A DNA stretch of 64,000 bases from an uncultured Spirochaetia bacterium (GTDB lineage: Bacteria > Spirochaetota > UBA4802 > UBA5368). Each line of letters opens with the position of its first letter. Position 1 is the stretch's first letter. A program made the translations under genes and the position numbers. Of the stretch, positions 27,459 to 38,400 are shown one piece after another. The stretch covers positions 41,189-105,188 of the forward strand of contig CALEGE010000002.1 in NCBI GenBank assembly GCA_937877025.1, given 5' to 3'. The notes beneath the pieces are model-generated. The model had not been told where the DNA came from and did no database searches. It saw only the letters and a program-made list of their open reading frames with translations.

Positions 27459-29363
27459 TCAATTCATGCGCCTTACCCTGAAAGACAGCGGCGCCGCATC
27501 GTACTCATATTCGATTGATGTGTAAAACATCGCCTGTTCGTTTTCATTTTCAAATGAAACCATTTCCGGGCAGTCTAAATACACGCCGCGAAGGAACTCG
27601 CCGACACTCGGCAGCATCCCGTCTGCGACAAGCAGAGGCCATGGCGCAGTATCGGGCATCATCAGGACTCGTTTATAATTCTCGCGTGTTACCCGCAAAA
27701 TCGCGTCTATAAGGACGCAGGTTGAATTCACCGCGACGAATGCCTCAACATCCTCAAACACCTGATAAAACGCGATGCCGTTCCCCTCTTTCCATTCATC
27801 GAAAACATGCATTCTTCTCTGCAGTGTCTCACAATCAAAAACCCGCAGGCATTCCTCGATCGCGCTTTCCCGTATCCTCGTATCCGTGAAAAAAACAACA
27901 TTATACAATTCGTTTTTCAGCGGCAACGCGCCAAAAAGCATGTTCAAACCCCGATGGAGCGAGTCAATATCCGGCTCCTTTACGTAAAACGTGAACACGC
28001 TCGTTTCGACATCGTCCGCATATAGCCGTCCGTCCCATCGGGCAACATCGTCACCCCGAAAAACAATACCGCGTGTCAGCGTTCCGCTGTCGTCCATCAC
28101 GAAGTCGGGCGACTTCCTGATGACACTCGTATAGCCTGTGCTGTTTTCCGTTTCCAGCCCAATTGTCCGCATCGAGTGCTTGCCGAAATTCCAGCCGTTC
28201 AGAAAATAATACGGCGGCATTTTTTGGTAGTACACGCCGTCCCTGTCGCCATATTCGCGAATACGTGTTCCCGGCAGCATCAGCAGAGGATACAACTCCA
28301 CGTTCTCCGCAAACCCCATAGTCACAAGCGTTTCTATTGTACGCAGAAACATTTCCGGCGTATCCCCCGGCAGGCCCGGGATAACGCCAATTTTTATATC
28401 AATGCCCGCATCCTTCAGGGCGCGCATGCCCGCAAGTTCGCCCTGCCCGTTTCCTCTACGCCCGATTCTTTCCAGTGCCTCGGGTGTAAGCGTCTGAAGG
28501 CCAACCTCAAGGCTTCGAAACCCGGCATCGTACAAAAGCTCCGCCATGCCCTCCCCTATTCCGTCGGCGCGCATTTCAGTATGAAGTTTCACTCCATGAT
28601 TGTGGCGCTTTATGTGTTCAAGCTTGTTCATTATGTCGGGGGATTTGTTGAAGGTCGGCGACAGAATATATATTTCCGCAAGGTTGCATTCGTGCCGCAT
28701 GTCCAGGGCGCGCAACAGATTCTCAAACGGCAATTCCCGCACCGTTGCGCAATTTTTCGAATAATAGCAATAGGCGCACCGGTATGGACATCCCCGTGTC
28801 ATTTCCATGAATATCGAACCGTCGAACATCGGCGGAAGAAAGCCGGCGGTAAACGGCTCGATTATTTTCAACGGATCGACAATCTCTTCCTGTGGCTGCG
28901 TCACAAGCCGATTGCCATTAATTTCCACCGCATATCTATCCATGTTTTCATTGGCAAGAAAACGCTCAAAAAACCACTCCCCTTCTCCCGAGACAAATAT
29001 ATCGATTCCGTCACGCCTGCCCGAAAACACCCATGAGTCCGGATGTATTTCCGGGCCGCCCGCGAAAACCATTATCTCGGGACACCGTCGCCGAATTTCC
29101 CCGGCAATATCGCAATTCCTCTCAACATTCCACAGGTACGAGGTAAAGCACACGATATCGGGATGCGCCCTGCACACATAATTCACAATGACATCGTCAG
29201 ACGCGAAATTCGCTATGTCACACGGCAGCAGTTCGGTCGCTGCCCGGCCGCCTGAAATATGGTCAACAAATGACGCCAGTGCGGCCGGGGCATACGGCAC
29301 ATTCCCGAGGATATAGTTATAGCCGTAATCAATCAGCGGCAGCTGGACGAACAGCAGCTTCAT
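27459..29363 (-). CDS. B12-binding domain radical SAM protein with approximately 250-aa C-terminal extension
   Basis: N-terminal cobalamin-binding-like region, CPYRCAYC radical SAM cluster motif. Start chosen at MKLLFVQLP (29363), so it does not overlap the upstream gene. Confidence 0.8.
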   Translation of the reverse strand: MKLLFVQLPLIDYGYNYILGNVPYAPAALASFVDHISGGRAATELLPCDIANFASDDVIVNYVCRAHPDIVCFTSYLWNVERNCDIAGEIRRRCPEIMVFAGGPEIHPDSWVFSGRRDGIDIFVSGEGEWFFERFLANENMDRYAVEINGNRLVTQPQEEIVDPLKIIEPFTAGFLPPMFDGSIFMEMTRGCPYRCAYCYYSKNCATVRELPFENLLRALDMRHECNLAEIYILSPTFNKSPDIMNKLEHIKRHNHGVKLHTEMRADGIGEGMAELLYDAGFRSLEVGLQTLTPEALERIGRRGNGQGELAGMRALKDAGIDIKIGVIPGLPGDTPEMFLRTIETLVTMGFAENVELYPLLMLPGTRIREYGDRDGVYYQKMPPYYFLNGWNFGKHSMRTIGLETENSTGYTSVIRKSPDFVMDDSGTLTRGIVFRGDDVARWDGRLYADDVETSVFTFYVKEPDIDSLHRGLNMLFGALPLKNELYNVVFFTDTRIRESAIEECLRVFDCETLQRRMHVFDEWKEGNGIAFYQVFEDVEAFVAVNSTCVLIDAILRVTRENYKRVLMMPDTAPWPLLVADGMLPSVGEFLRGVYLDCPEMVSFENENEQAMFYTSIEYEYDAAPLSFRVRRMN

Positions 29364-29416
29364 GGCGTACCGCCCGGTTCCCTTCGTACGTGTACAATAT
29401 CGAGACGCATATCGTG

Positions 29417-29674
29417 TCATTCCTGCAGGGTCGCACCGCTTTTTTTATCCTGCAGGTAATTGTTTATTTTTTCTATCCCGTCTCGCAATTCTTCATATTG
29501 TGAAACATTGATCGCGACGCCCTTCTGTGTCGGTTTGTAAACCATGTTTCCGCCCGCATCGAACGCCTGGTACCATATCCGAATATTAATGAGATCCATT
29601 CCCTTGAATTCCGACACCTCGATGCGGATTATTTCATTGTTCGATTTCGGTATGTCTTTTATTATCACGCTCAT
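29417..29674 (-). CDS. PC4/p15-like (YdbC-like) small ssDNA-binding fold protein
   Basis: MSVIIKDIPKSNNEIIRIEVSEFKGMDLINIRIWY...KPTQKGVAINV resembles bacterial PC4-family proteins; AGGAG RBS 9 nt upstream of the ATG at 29674. Confidence 0.55.
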   Translation of the reverse strand: MSVIIKDIPKSNNEIIRIEVSEFKGMDLINIRIWYQAFDAGGNMVYKPTQKGVAINVSQYEELRDGIEKINNYLQDKKSGATLQE

Positions 29675-29895
29675 TTCTAATCTCCTGTGCGTCGTTGTGT
29701 GTAACATTTTCGCGTCACGGCGCGGCAACAGCTCTGGAATTATATGCATCATTCCATGCCCAATGAAAAAACGCGCCCCCCCTCCGGTCAACAAAAAATA
29801 ATCAAAGAATTTCCGCTTTACTTTTGCGCGCCGGGGCTGCTATTTCTTATCCAGAAAATGACTTTATATTGTATTTATAGAAACGGGTTACTGCC

Positions 29896-31539
29896 ATGAA
29901 AAAATACATTTCCCTCGTACTGGCTGTTTTCTTTCTCCTTCTCTTTTCAGTATACGTTTTTGCCGAGCAGGTTATCGGCGTATCGTCATTTACAAACCTT
30001 ACCGGCGACAAATCAATGTCGTGGCTGGAGGTCGGCATCGCGGAGTCGGTTTCGTATAAACTGAGAAACATCCAGGATTATATCGTCATCGACCGCGTCA
30101 ACGTTGATAAAGTCGTCAACGAGGTTCAACTGGGCCAGTCCGGGCTGCTTGATGACACAAAGGCGAAAAAAGCCGGCAAGGCCCTCGGCGCCGATATTAT
30201 TGTCGTTGGAAGCTACATGAAAAGCAACAACCGCATACGGATCAACGCGAAACTCATTGAAGTCGAAAGCCACAAGATTCTAAAGCAGGTACAGGCGGAC
30301 GGTGTTCTCGATAATATATTCGAATTACAGGATGAGATTGCGCTGAAAATAATCAACCAGACAAACATCGCCATCACTCAGGATGTGAAGGATAAAATTA
30401 CGCAGAATTTCACAAGCAATATCAGCGCCTACGAGTTTTATGTAAAAGGCCAGGAGTTTTTACTCAACAAGCTGGACTACCCGAAGGCAATCGAAATGTT
30501 CAACAAGGCGATCAATATCGATAAAAATTACAGCCTCGCCTATGCCGGCCTCGGCAAGGCATACTCGCTTCGCAACTGGGAGCAGAGAAATTACGCCAAC
30601 AAATTCGATCCGGGCCTGCTTGAAAATTCTTACACGTTCAGTAAAAAGGCGCTGGAAATAAATCCCAACCTCGACGAAGCGCACCTTTCCCTTGCGCGAT
30701 ATTACCAGGAGGCGGACGAGAAGCGGTTTGCAAACAAATGGCAGCTGTGCGAAGATGAAACTCGTAAAGCGCTCGCTATCAATCCAAACAACGCAGAAGC
30801 CTACTTTCTGCTTAGCCGTATCTACGGCTACGATGACGCGAAGGAGGAAGATTACCTGCTGCAGGCCATCAGAAAAAACAATTTTCTTACCGATGCCCAT
30901 AACAATCTCGGCGTAATTTACCTTGACCAGAACAAGCTCGATCTCGCCGAGCAATCCTTTAAAAAGGCCGTCGAGATTGATCCAGGATTCAAAACCGGCT
31001 ACATGAACCTCGGCGTCGTGTACGATAGAAAGAACGAACTCGACAAGGCGCTGGACATGTACAAAACCGTGCTCCAGAAATATCCCGATTATCCTCTTGG
31101 CATATTGAATCTCGGAATCGGCTACCGCCGTCTCAACATGCTCGACCAGGCCATGGAGCAGTTTCGAAAGGCGGTGAAAATAAAGCCTGATTATGCGAAC
31201 GCATGGAGTGAGATCGGTTATATTTATCTTCTGAAAGAACAATACCGCGACGCAATCAAGAACTACCTTGCCTCGCTGAAGTACGATCCTCAATACAGGT
31301 ACAGTCTCGCAAATCTCGGATATTGCTATACGCAACTCAATGAATATGACAACGCGATAAAATATCTCAAGCAGGCACATCAATATCACTCGGACTATGC
31401 GTGGCCGGCGGGATATCTCGGATGGCTCTACAGGTACAAAATAAACGATCCCGTCAACGCAAAGTACTGGTATTCCGAAGCGATCAAACGCGATCCCGGC
31501 AATCAGGATTATCAGCAGAATCTACGGGAACTGCAATAA
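29896..31539 (+). CDS. Secreted TPR-repeat protein with N-terminal CsgG/TolB-N-like domain
   Basis: Signal peptide, N-terminal approximately 150-aa domain (FTNLTGDKSMSWLEVGIAES...GADIIVVGSYM), then at least 8 TPR repeats. Confidence 0.75.
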   Translation: MKKYISLVLAVFFLLLFSVYVFAEQVIGVSSFTNLTGDKSMSWLEVGIAESVSYKLRNIQDYIVIDRVNVDKVVNEVQLGQSGLLDDTKAKKAGKALGADIIVVGSYMKSNNRIRINAKLIEVESHKILKQVQADGVLDNIFELQDEIALKIINQTNIAITQDVKDKITQNFTSNISAYEFYVKGQEFLLNKLDYPKAIEMFNKAINIDKNYSLAYAGLGKAYSLRNWEQRNYANKFDPGLLENSYTFSKKALEINPNLDEAHLSLARYYQEADEKRFANKWQLCEDETRKALAINPNNAEAYFLLSRIYGYDDAKEEDYLLQAIRKNNFLTDAHNNLGVIYLDQNKLDLAEQSFKKAVEIDPGFKTGYMNLGVVYDRKNELDKALDMYKTVLQKYPDYPLGILNLGIGYRRLNMLDQAMEQFRKAVKIKPDYANAWSEIGYIYLLKEQYRDAIKNYLASLKYDPQYRYSLANLGYCYTQLNEYDNAIKYLKQAHQYHSDYAWPAGYLGWLYRYKINDPVNAKYWYSEAIKRDPGNQDYQQNLRELQ

Positions 31540-31912
31540 TTTCAAAATCCGGCAGGGCAAAACATTGACATCCCCGCCGGATTTTTTTTATCCACACAAA
31601 AACACCCGGTTTTTAACATAAATCCCTTTTTTATTAACACTGAATCAATACTTATTCACCGGTTATTCGCAGGTTATTAAGAATATTTAAAAATTTTTAT
31701 TAATTCATAAAACAGGGAATTAATTAGTTGCAAAATAACCATGAATGCAATAGAGAAAATTATCGCGGTTACATACACAGTGTCAGACCGTATCTTTCTG
31801 AGACATAACATCTGTGACATAATATCGGAAAAAATTATACAGATATTATAGAATATTTGTATATATTATAAACAAAGTTATTAACAATTGTTAATAACTT
31901 TTGGATTTATCT
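31540..31912. promoter_or_regulatory. AT-rich dnaA upstream region: candidate oriC part 1 with DnaA boxes
   Basis: Perfect DnaA box TTATCCACA at 31588-31596. Degenerate boxes TTATTAACA (31632), TTATTCACC (31652). Perfect 22-bp palindrome GTTATTAACAATTGTTAATAAC at 31877-31898, 15 nt before the dnaA ATG. Confidence 0.55.
31547..31589 (+). terminator. Rho-independent terminator after TPR gene (ATCCGGCaGGG ... CCCcGCCGGAT + T8)
   Basis: Imperfect 11-bp stem followed by TTTTTTTT. The T-run runs into a DnaA box. Confidence 0.5.
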
Positions 31913-33253
31913 ATGGTTACGGAAATCTGGGGAAAAGTTTTAACGACTATTCAGTCGAACATTAATAAGCAGTCTTTTGATATGTGGCTCAAGGATACCG
32001 AGCCCGTATCTCTTATGGAAAATATTATCAAGGTTAAGGTTACCGATGAAGTGGCGCGCCGCCACATTTCGGATAATTACTCCACATTGATATCTACAAT
32101 TGTAAAAGATATAACCGGTGATAATATATACTGCGAATTTGTTACCGGCAACGGATATGATTCTGTAAAAGAGGCTCCTGCCTCTTTATCGGCCGTTGCA
32201 CCGCACGGCGATACGTCGCCCGATCACTCAACGCAGCGTTTATATCCGAAATACACGTTTGAAAATTTCGTTGTGGGCCCCAACAATCAGCTTGCGCATG
32301 CGGCTGCCGTTTCAGTATCGCGCTCCCCTGCAACACAATATAATCCACTTTTTATTTATGGCGGTACGGGGCTGGGCAAAACACACCTCATGCAGGCGAT
32401 CGGCCACTATATAATAAAAGAGCGGCCATACCTCAAGGTGTTATACGTGCCGAGCGAGGAATTCTTAAACGATTTTTTACAGTCGATCCGAACGAACACC
32501 ATATCGAGTTTTAAGATTAAATATCGCAATGTCGATGTTCTCCTCATCGACGACATACAGTTCATCGAGAAAAAAGAGCAGACGCAGGAGGAATTCTTCC
32601 ACACCTTCAATACGCTGCATAACAACAAAAAGCAGATCGTTATTTCAAGCGATCGCCCGCCCAAGGAGCTTTCAACCCTTGAGGAAAGGTTGCGAACACG
32701 TTTTGAATGGGGTCTTATCACCGACATTCAGCCGCCAAATCTCGAGACGCGAGAGGCCATCCTTCGCAACAAGGCTGAAAGGGAAAACATGAATATCCCT
32801 GACGAGGTGCTGAACTATATCGCACGTCGAATAAAATCCAGCATTCGCGCCCTTGAAGCCGCGCTGATTCGTCTCAATGCCGTCGCGCTGATAGAAAATG
32901 AGCCGATTAATATCTCGCATGCGAAAATACACCTGAAAGACCTTTTTGACGAAGATACGCAGAAAAAAATATCGCTTTCCGATATAATGTTGAAGGTGAC
33001 CACGAAATTCGATGTTTCAATTGAGGAATTAGTCTCAAAAAGCAGACACAGCAAAATCGTGCAGCCCCGTTTTATCGCCATGTATCTTGCCCGTAAGCTG
33101 ACCGAAATGACAACTATCGAAATAGGCAAGGAATTCGGGGACAGGGATCATTCAACCGTTTTAAATGCGATGAACAATGTTGAAAGAATGATCAAAGAAG
33201 ATGAGGAATTTCAGGAATTAATTGATGATATGCTTAATGAAATGAGAGGTTGA
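31913..33253 (+). CDS. dnaA: Chromosomal replication initiator protein DnaA
   Basis: Walker A GGTGLGKTHL, AAA+ blocks, C-terminal DnaA-box binding domain. ATG at 31913 preferred over the TTG at 31901. Confidence 0.93.
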   Translation: MVTEIWGKVLTTIQSNINKQSFDMWLKDTEPVSLMENIIKVKVTDEVARRHISDNYSTLISTIVKDITGDNIYCEFVTGNGYDSVKEAPASLSAVAPHGDTSPDHSTQRLYPKYTFENFVVGPNNQLAHAAAVSVSRSPATQYNPLFIYGGTGLGKTHLMQAIGHYIIKERPYLKVLYVPSEEFLNDFLQSIRTNTISSFKIKYRNVDVLLIDDIQFIEKKEQTQEEFFHTFNTLHNNKKQIVISSDRPPKELSTLEERLRTRFEWGLITDIQPPNLETREAILRNKAERENMNIPDEVLNYIARRIKSSIRALEAALIRLNAVALIENEPINISHAKIHLKDLFDEDTQKKISLSDIMLKVTTKFDVSIEELVSKSRHSKIVQPRFIAMYLARKLTEMTTIEIGKEFGDRDHSTVLNAMNNVERMIKEDEEFQELIDDMLNEMRG

Positions 33254-33518
33254 TTTGCTGTTGATAACTTCTTACACCGTGTGATTATCGCTCATTGATT
33301 CACTCCTTATCCCGATTTAAACTCGTGATATGTATCAGTTTTTCTTTTTCACTCATAATGAAAAAACCGACTCGAAGAAATTCACAATGTATTGATTTAG
33401 ATACTGCTGAAAAATTCAAGGATTCGGGTGTTATTCACATATTTTTTAATACTAATACTACTGCTATATAATATATTAATTATATAGTAAAGATATAGTA
33501 ATACAGTGGAGTGTGGAC
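33254..33518. promoter_or_regulatory. dnaA-dnaN intergenic AT-rich region: candidate oriC part 2 / DNA unwinding element
   Basis: One-mismatch DnaA boxes TGTTGATAA (33259-33267) and TTATTCACA (33429-33437). Low-complexity AT tract at 33440-33500. Confidence 0.45.
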
Positions 33519-34643
33519 ATGTCAATAGTGGTCGATAAAGATATCCTGCAGCATGCTATTTTGATAGCTGATGCCATCGTATCTTCAAAGAATGTCAATA
33601 CCATCCTTTCAAACTGCCTTTTTCATATTTACCGTGACTCGATTGAGATAGTGTCAACTGATAACGAAATCGGCATCAGAACACGCCTGGATGCAGTATC
33701 CGACGGGGAGATATTTTTTACCGCAAATGGGAAGCGTTTTGCGGGCATACTTAAAGAGTTACCGAAAGGCGAGGTGGTAATCGATATTTCCGAAAACTAC
33801 CAGATAGACATCAAAACAAAAGCAAAGGATATTAAGGCCAATTATACGCTGGTGGGGACATCGAAAGACGAGTATCCGGAAATCCCATTTTTCTATGATG
33901 ATAATGTAATTGAAATCAACCAGAGTGTGCTTCGTGACATGTTCCGCAAGGTTTTACATGCCGCTGCAACCGATACAATAAAACCGGTTTTTAATGGCGT
34001 ATACCTTGTTTCGGATACGCCGGGAATGCTTACCGTTGTGGCGACGGATTCGCGCCGGCTTGCTATTATTTCAAGGATGATGGAAAACGATATCCAGATT
34101 TCGGATGGCGTAATAATTCCTTTGAAGACAGTAAGCGAAGTTGTTCGGTTGCTTGAACCGACAGGAAATTGCAGATTTTCCCTGTTTGAAAACCAGTGTT
34201 TTTTCAAAATAGGAGAAACGGAAATCGTTTCAAGAATAATCGATGGGCAGTTTCCGAATTACAGACAGGTGATACCGAAAGAGCAGGGCATTACTGCGGT
34301 TGTGGAAACAAAAAAGATAAATGATTCGTTGCGGCGGGCCATGGTATTTACACGCGAACCGGTGAATAAGGTGTTGATGCACGTTGGTAAAAATTCTCTT
34401 GTTCTGGAAACTAAAACACCGGAGCTTGGCGAATCTACCGAAGAGATACCGCTCGAGTCGAATGCCGAGGGCATATTTTCCATCGGTGTAAATGCACAGT
34501 TTTTAATGGACACGCTCAAAGAGATTGATACATTTTCGATGAATATCGGTTTTACGGGCCAGATGAGTCCCATTACGATATCCCCGGAAAATGATGATAG
34601 ATTTATATCCGTAATAATGCCCATACAGATAAAATCTGCATAG
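33519..34643 (+). CDS. dnaN: DNA polymerase III subunit beta (sliding clamp)
   Basis: Three-domain beta-clamp pattern; position after dnaA. ATG at 33519 preferred over the GTG at 33513. Confidence 0.92.
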   Translation: MSIVVDKDILQHAILIADAIVSSKNVNTILSNCLFHIYRDSIEIVSTDNEIGIRTRLDAVSDGEIFFTANGKRFAGILKELPKGEVVIDISENYQIDIKTKAKDIKANYTLVGTSKDEYPEIPFFYDDNVIEINQSVLRDMFRKVLHAAATDTIKPVFNGVYLVSDTPGMLTVVATDSRRLAIISRMMENDIQISDGVIIPLKTVSEVVRLLEPTGNCRFSLFENQCFFKIGETEIVSRIIDGQFPNYRQVIPKEQGITAVVETKKINDSLRRAMVFTREPVNKVLMHVGKNSLVLETKTPELGESTEEIPLESNAEGIFSIGVNAQFLMDTLKEIDTFSMNIGFTGQMSPITISPENDDRFISVIMPIQIKSA

Positions 34644-34715
34644 ATGTGGCGGACATGGCGCTGTCCGCACAAACGGGACATATCGAATACCCGGGCGAAC
34701 TTTGTATGTATCAGC

Positions 34716-35825
34716 ATGTTTATTAAAAAGCTCATCCTGAAAAATTTTAGAAACTATGCGCGTCTTTCCGCCGAGTTATCCCCGAATATGAATTTTATAA
34801 TCGGCGATAACGGTACCGGGAAAACCAATATACTGGAAGCTATTTCTGTTGCGGCGAATTTAAAGTCGTTCAGGGGGGTTCACGATACGGATATCGTCTT
34901 ATGGGGGGAGCAATCATATTTTTGTCACGTTGACCTTGATGATACGCGGTATGCTGAATTTGAAATAGGCTGCGCTATTATTAATGGAAAAGTTAAAAAA
35001 CGGGCTAAAATAGATGGTGTGGAAGTCAGAAAAGCCTCGGATTACTTTGGACGGCTTTTAACGGTAATTTTTTCCCCCGGTGATATCGCTATCATTACCG
35101 GCGCCCCTGAAATTCGCAGAAAATTTATTGATGGCGTTATTTCAAGGATAGATGTTTCCTACCTTGACCATTTGCAAAATTTTAAGAGAATCCTCGTATC
35201 GAGAAACAGGGTGTTGAAATCATTACAGGAGGGGAAATCCTTTTCCCATGATGAGCTTTTCGTCTGGGATTCCATGTACGCTGACATATGTTCGATACTG
35301 ATCGGCGAAAGGATCAAGTTTATACGTTCTTTCTACCCTGTATTTTATGACGCATACGCGCGCATAGCTGATGGAGAGCGGCCTCCCGGAATACAGTATT
35401 TGAACAACACGCGCGAGACTGATTCGAGCGCGATAATGAAACAGCTTGTAGTGAACCGCAAAAACGATATAGCGACAGGCTCAACCGGTATGGGTCCCCA
35501 GCGTGACGATTATGTGTTTGCGGATGAGCATGGGCGTGTGTTTAATAATTATGCGTCACAGGGACAGAAAAGAACGGCGGCCATCGCGCTGAAAAATGCG
35601 GAGGCGGAAATCATTGAAACGAAACGCCAGGATAAAGTAATATTGATGGTGGATGATATTTTTTCCGAGCTTGATTCAAAACGCAGAAAATGCATGATAG
35701 AAATTCTCAAGGGCAAAAGGCAGGTCATATTCACGATGGCAAATACCCTATCGCTCGATAGTACGGGATTTGAAGCGGATAAAAGGTTTATTATTCAAAC
35801 AAGTGGACAGTTACGCGAAGTATGA
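34716..35825 (+). CDS. recF: DNA replication and repair protein RecF
   Basis: NFRNY...GDNGTGKTNILEAI Walker A; C-terminal signature and Walker B (LMVDDIFSELD). Confidence 0.9.
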   Translation: MFIKKLILKNFRNYARLSAELSPNMNFIIGDNGTGKTNILEAISVAANLKSFRGVHDTDIVLWGEQSYFCHVDLDDTRYAEFEIGCAIINGKVKKRAKIDGVEVRKASDYFGRLLTVIFSPGDIAIITGAPEIRRKFIDGVISRIDVSYLDHLQNFKRILVSRNRVLKSLQEGKSFSHDELFVWDSMYADICSILIGERIKFIRSFYPVFYDAYARIADGERPPGIQYLNNTRETDSSAIMKQLVVNRKNDIATGSTGMGPQRDDYVFADEHGRVFNNYASQGQKRTAAIALKNAEAEIIETKRQDKVILMVDDIFSELDSKRRKCMIEILKGKRQVIFTMANTLSLDSTGFEADKRFIIQTSGQLREV

Positions 35826-36187
35826 AGTTTAAATTCAATGAAACAAGAAATAACAAAATAGTATCATTTTCAAGTGTTTTGCCTTCTGTTATTTCCCGGT
35901 TCGATATAGGAGAGCAATATTTAATTGCGTCACTCCAGGCGGTATGGCATGAGATCGTCGGAGATCTCGTTGCGACGCACAGCATCCCGGTCAAATTATA
36001 TAACGGGATATGTGTGGTGCTGGTGGATCATCCCGTATATGCAAATGAATTAAGTATGATGAAAAATTTGATACTTGAATATATCGGCGCAAAGCTCAGT
36101 TCGGCGTCGGTTCGAGATATAAAAATAAAGGTTTCTAAAATCGAATGGAATAAAAATAAATCCTCCACCAAGGACACAAGGCGATAA
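35822..36187 (+). CDS. DUF721 (DciA-like) protein
   Basis: ATGA overlap with the recF stop. Central W..IVG....H..P..L.NG.L.V.VDHPVYANEL pattern typical of DUF721 proteins found between recF and gyrB. Confidence 0.7.
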   Translation: MKFKFNETRNNKIVSFSSVLPSVISRFDIGEQYLIASLQAVWHEIVGDLVATHSIPVKLYNGICVVLVDHPVYANELSMMKNLILEYIGAKLSSASVRDIKIKVSKIEWNKNKSSTKDTRR

Positions 36188-36190
36188 CAC

Positions 36191-38327
<2,137 letters not shown>

Positions 38328-38400
38328 AAATGACGAGAATTATGGTTGAGGAGATGGTTCGGTGACGAAGAAGGATGGAAAAAAAGACGGCGTCGAAATA

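Noticed and set aside
28176-29036. 286-aa + strand ORF
   Set aside because: It lies antisense to the radical SAM gene, which contains CPYRCAYC; a His/Arg-rich spurious frame.
29675-29895. Cobalamin riboswitch upstream of the B12-radical SAM / PC4-like pair
   Set aside because: No B12-box (rAGYCMGgAgaCCkGCc) or conserved stem architecture is visible in the leader.
30460-31389. 309-aa - strand ORF
   Set aside because: Antisense to the TPR protein gene. Leu/Val-rich because it is the complement of the GAA/AAG-rich TPR coding sequence.
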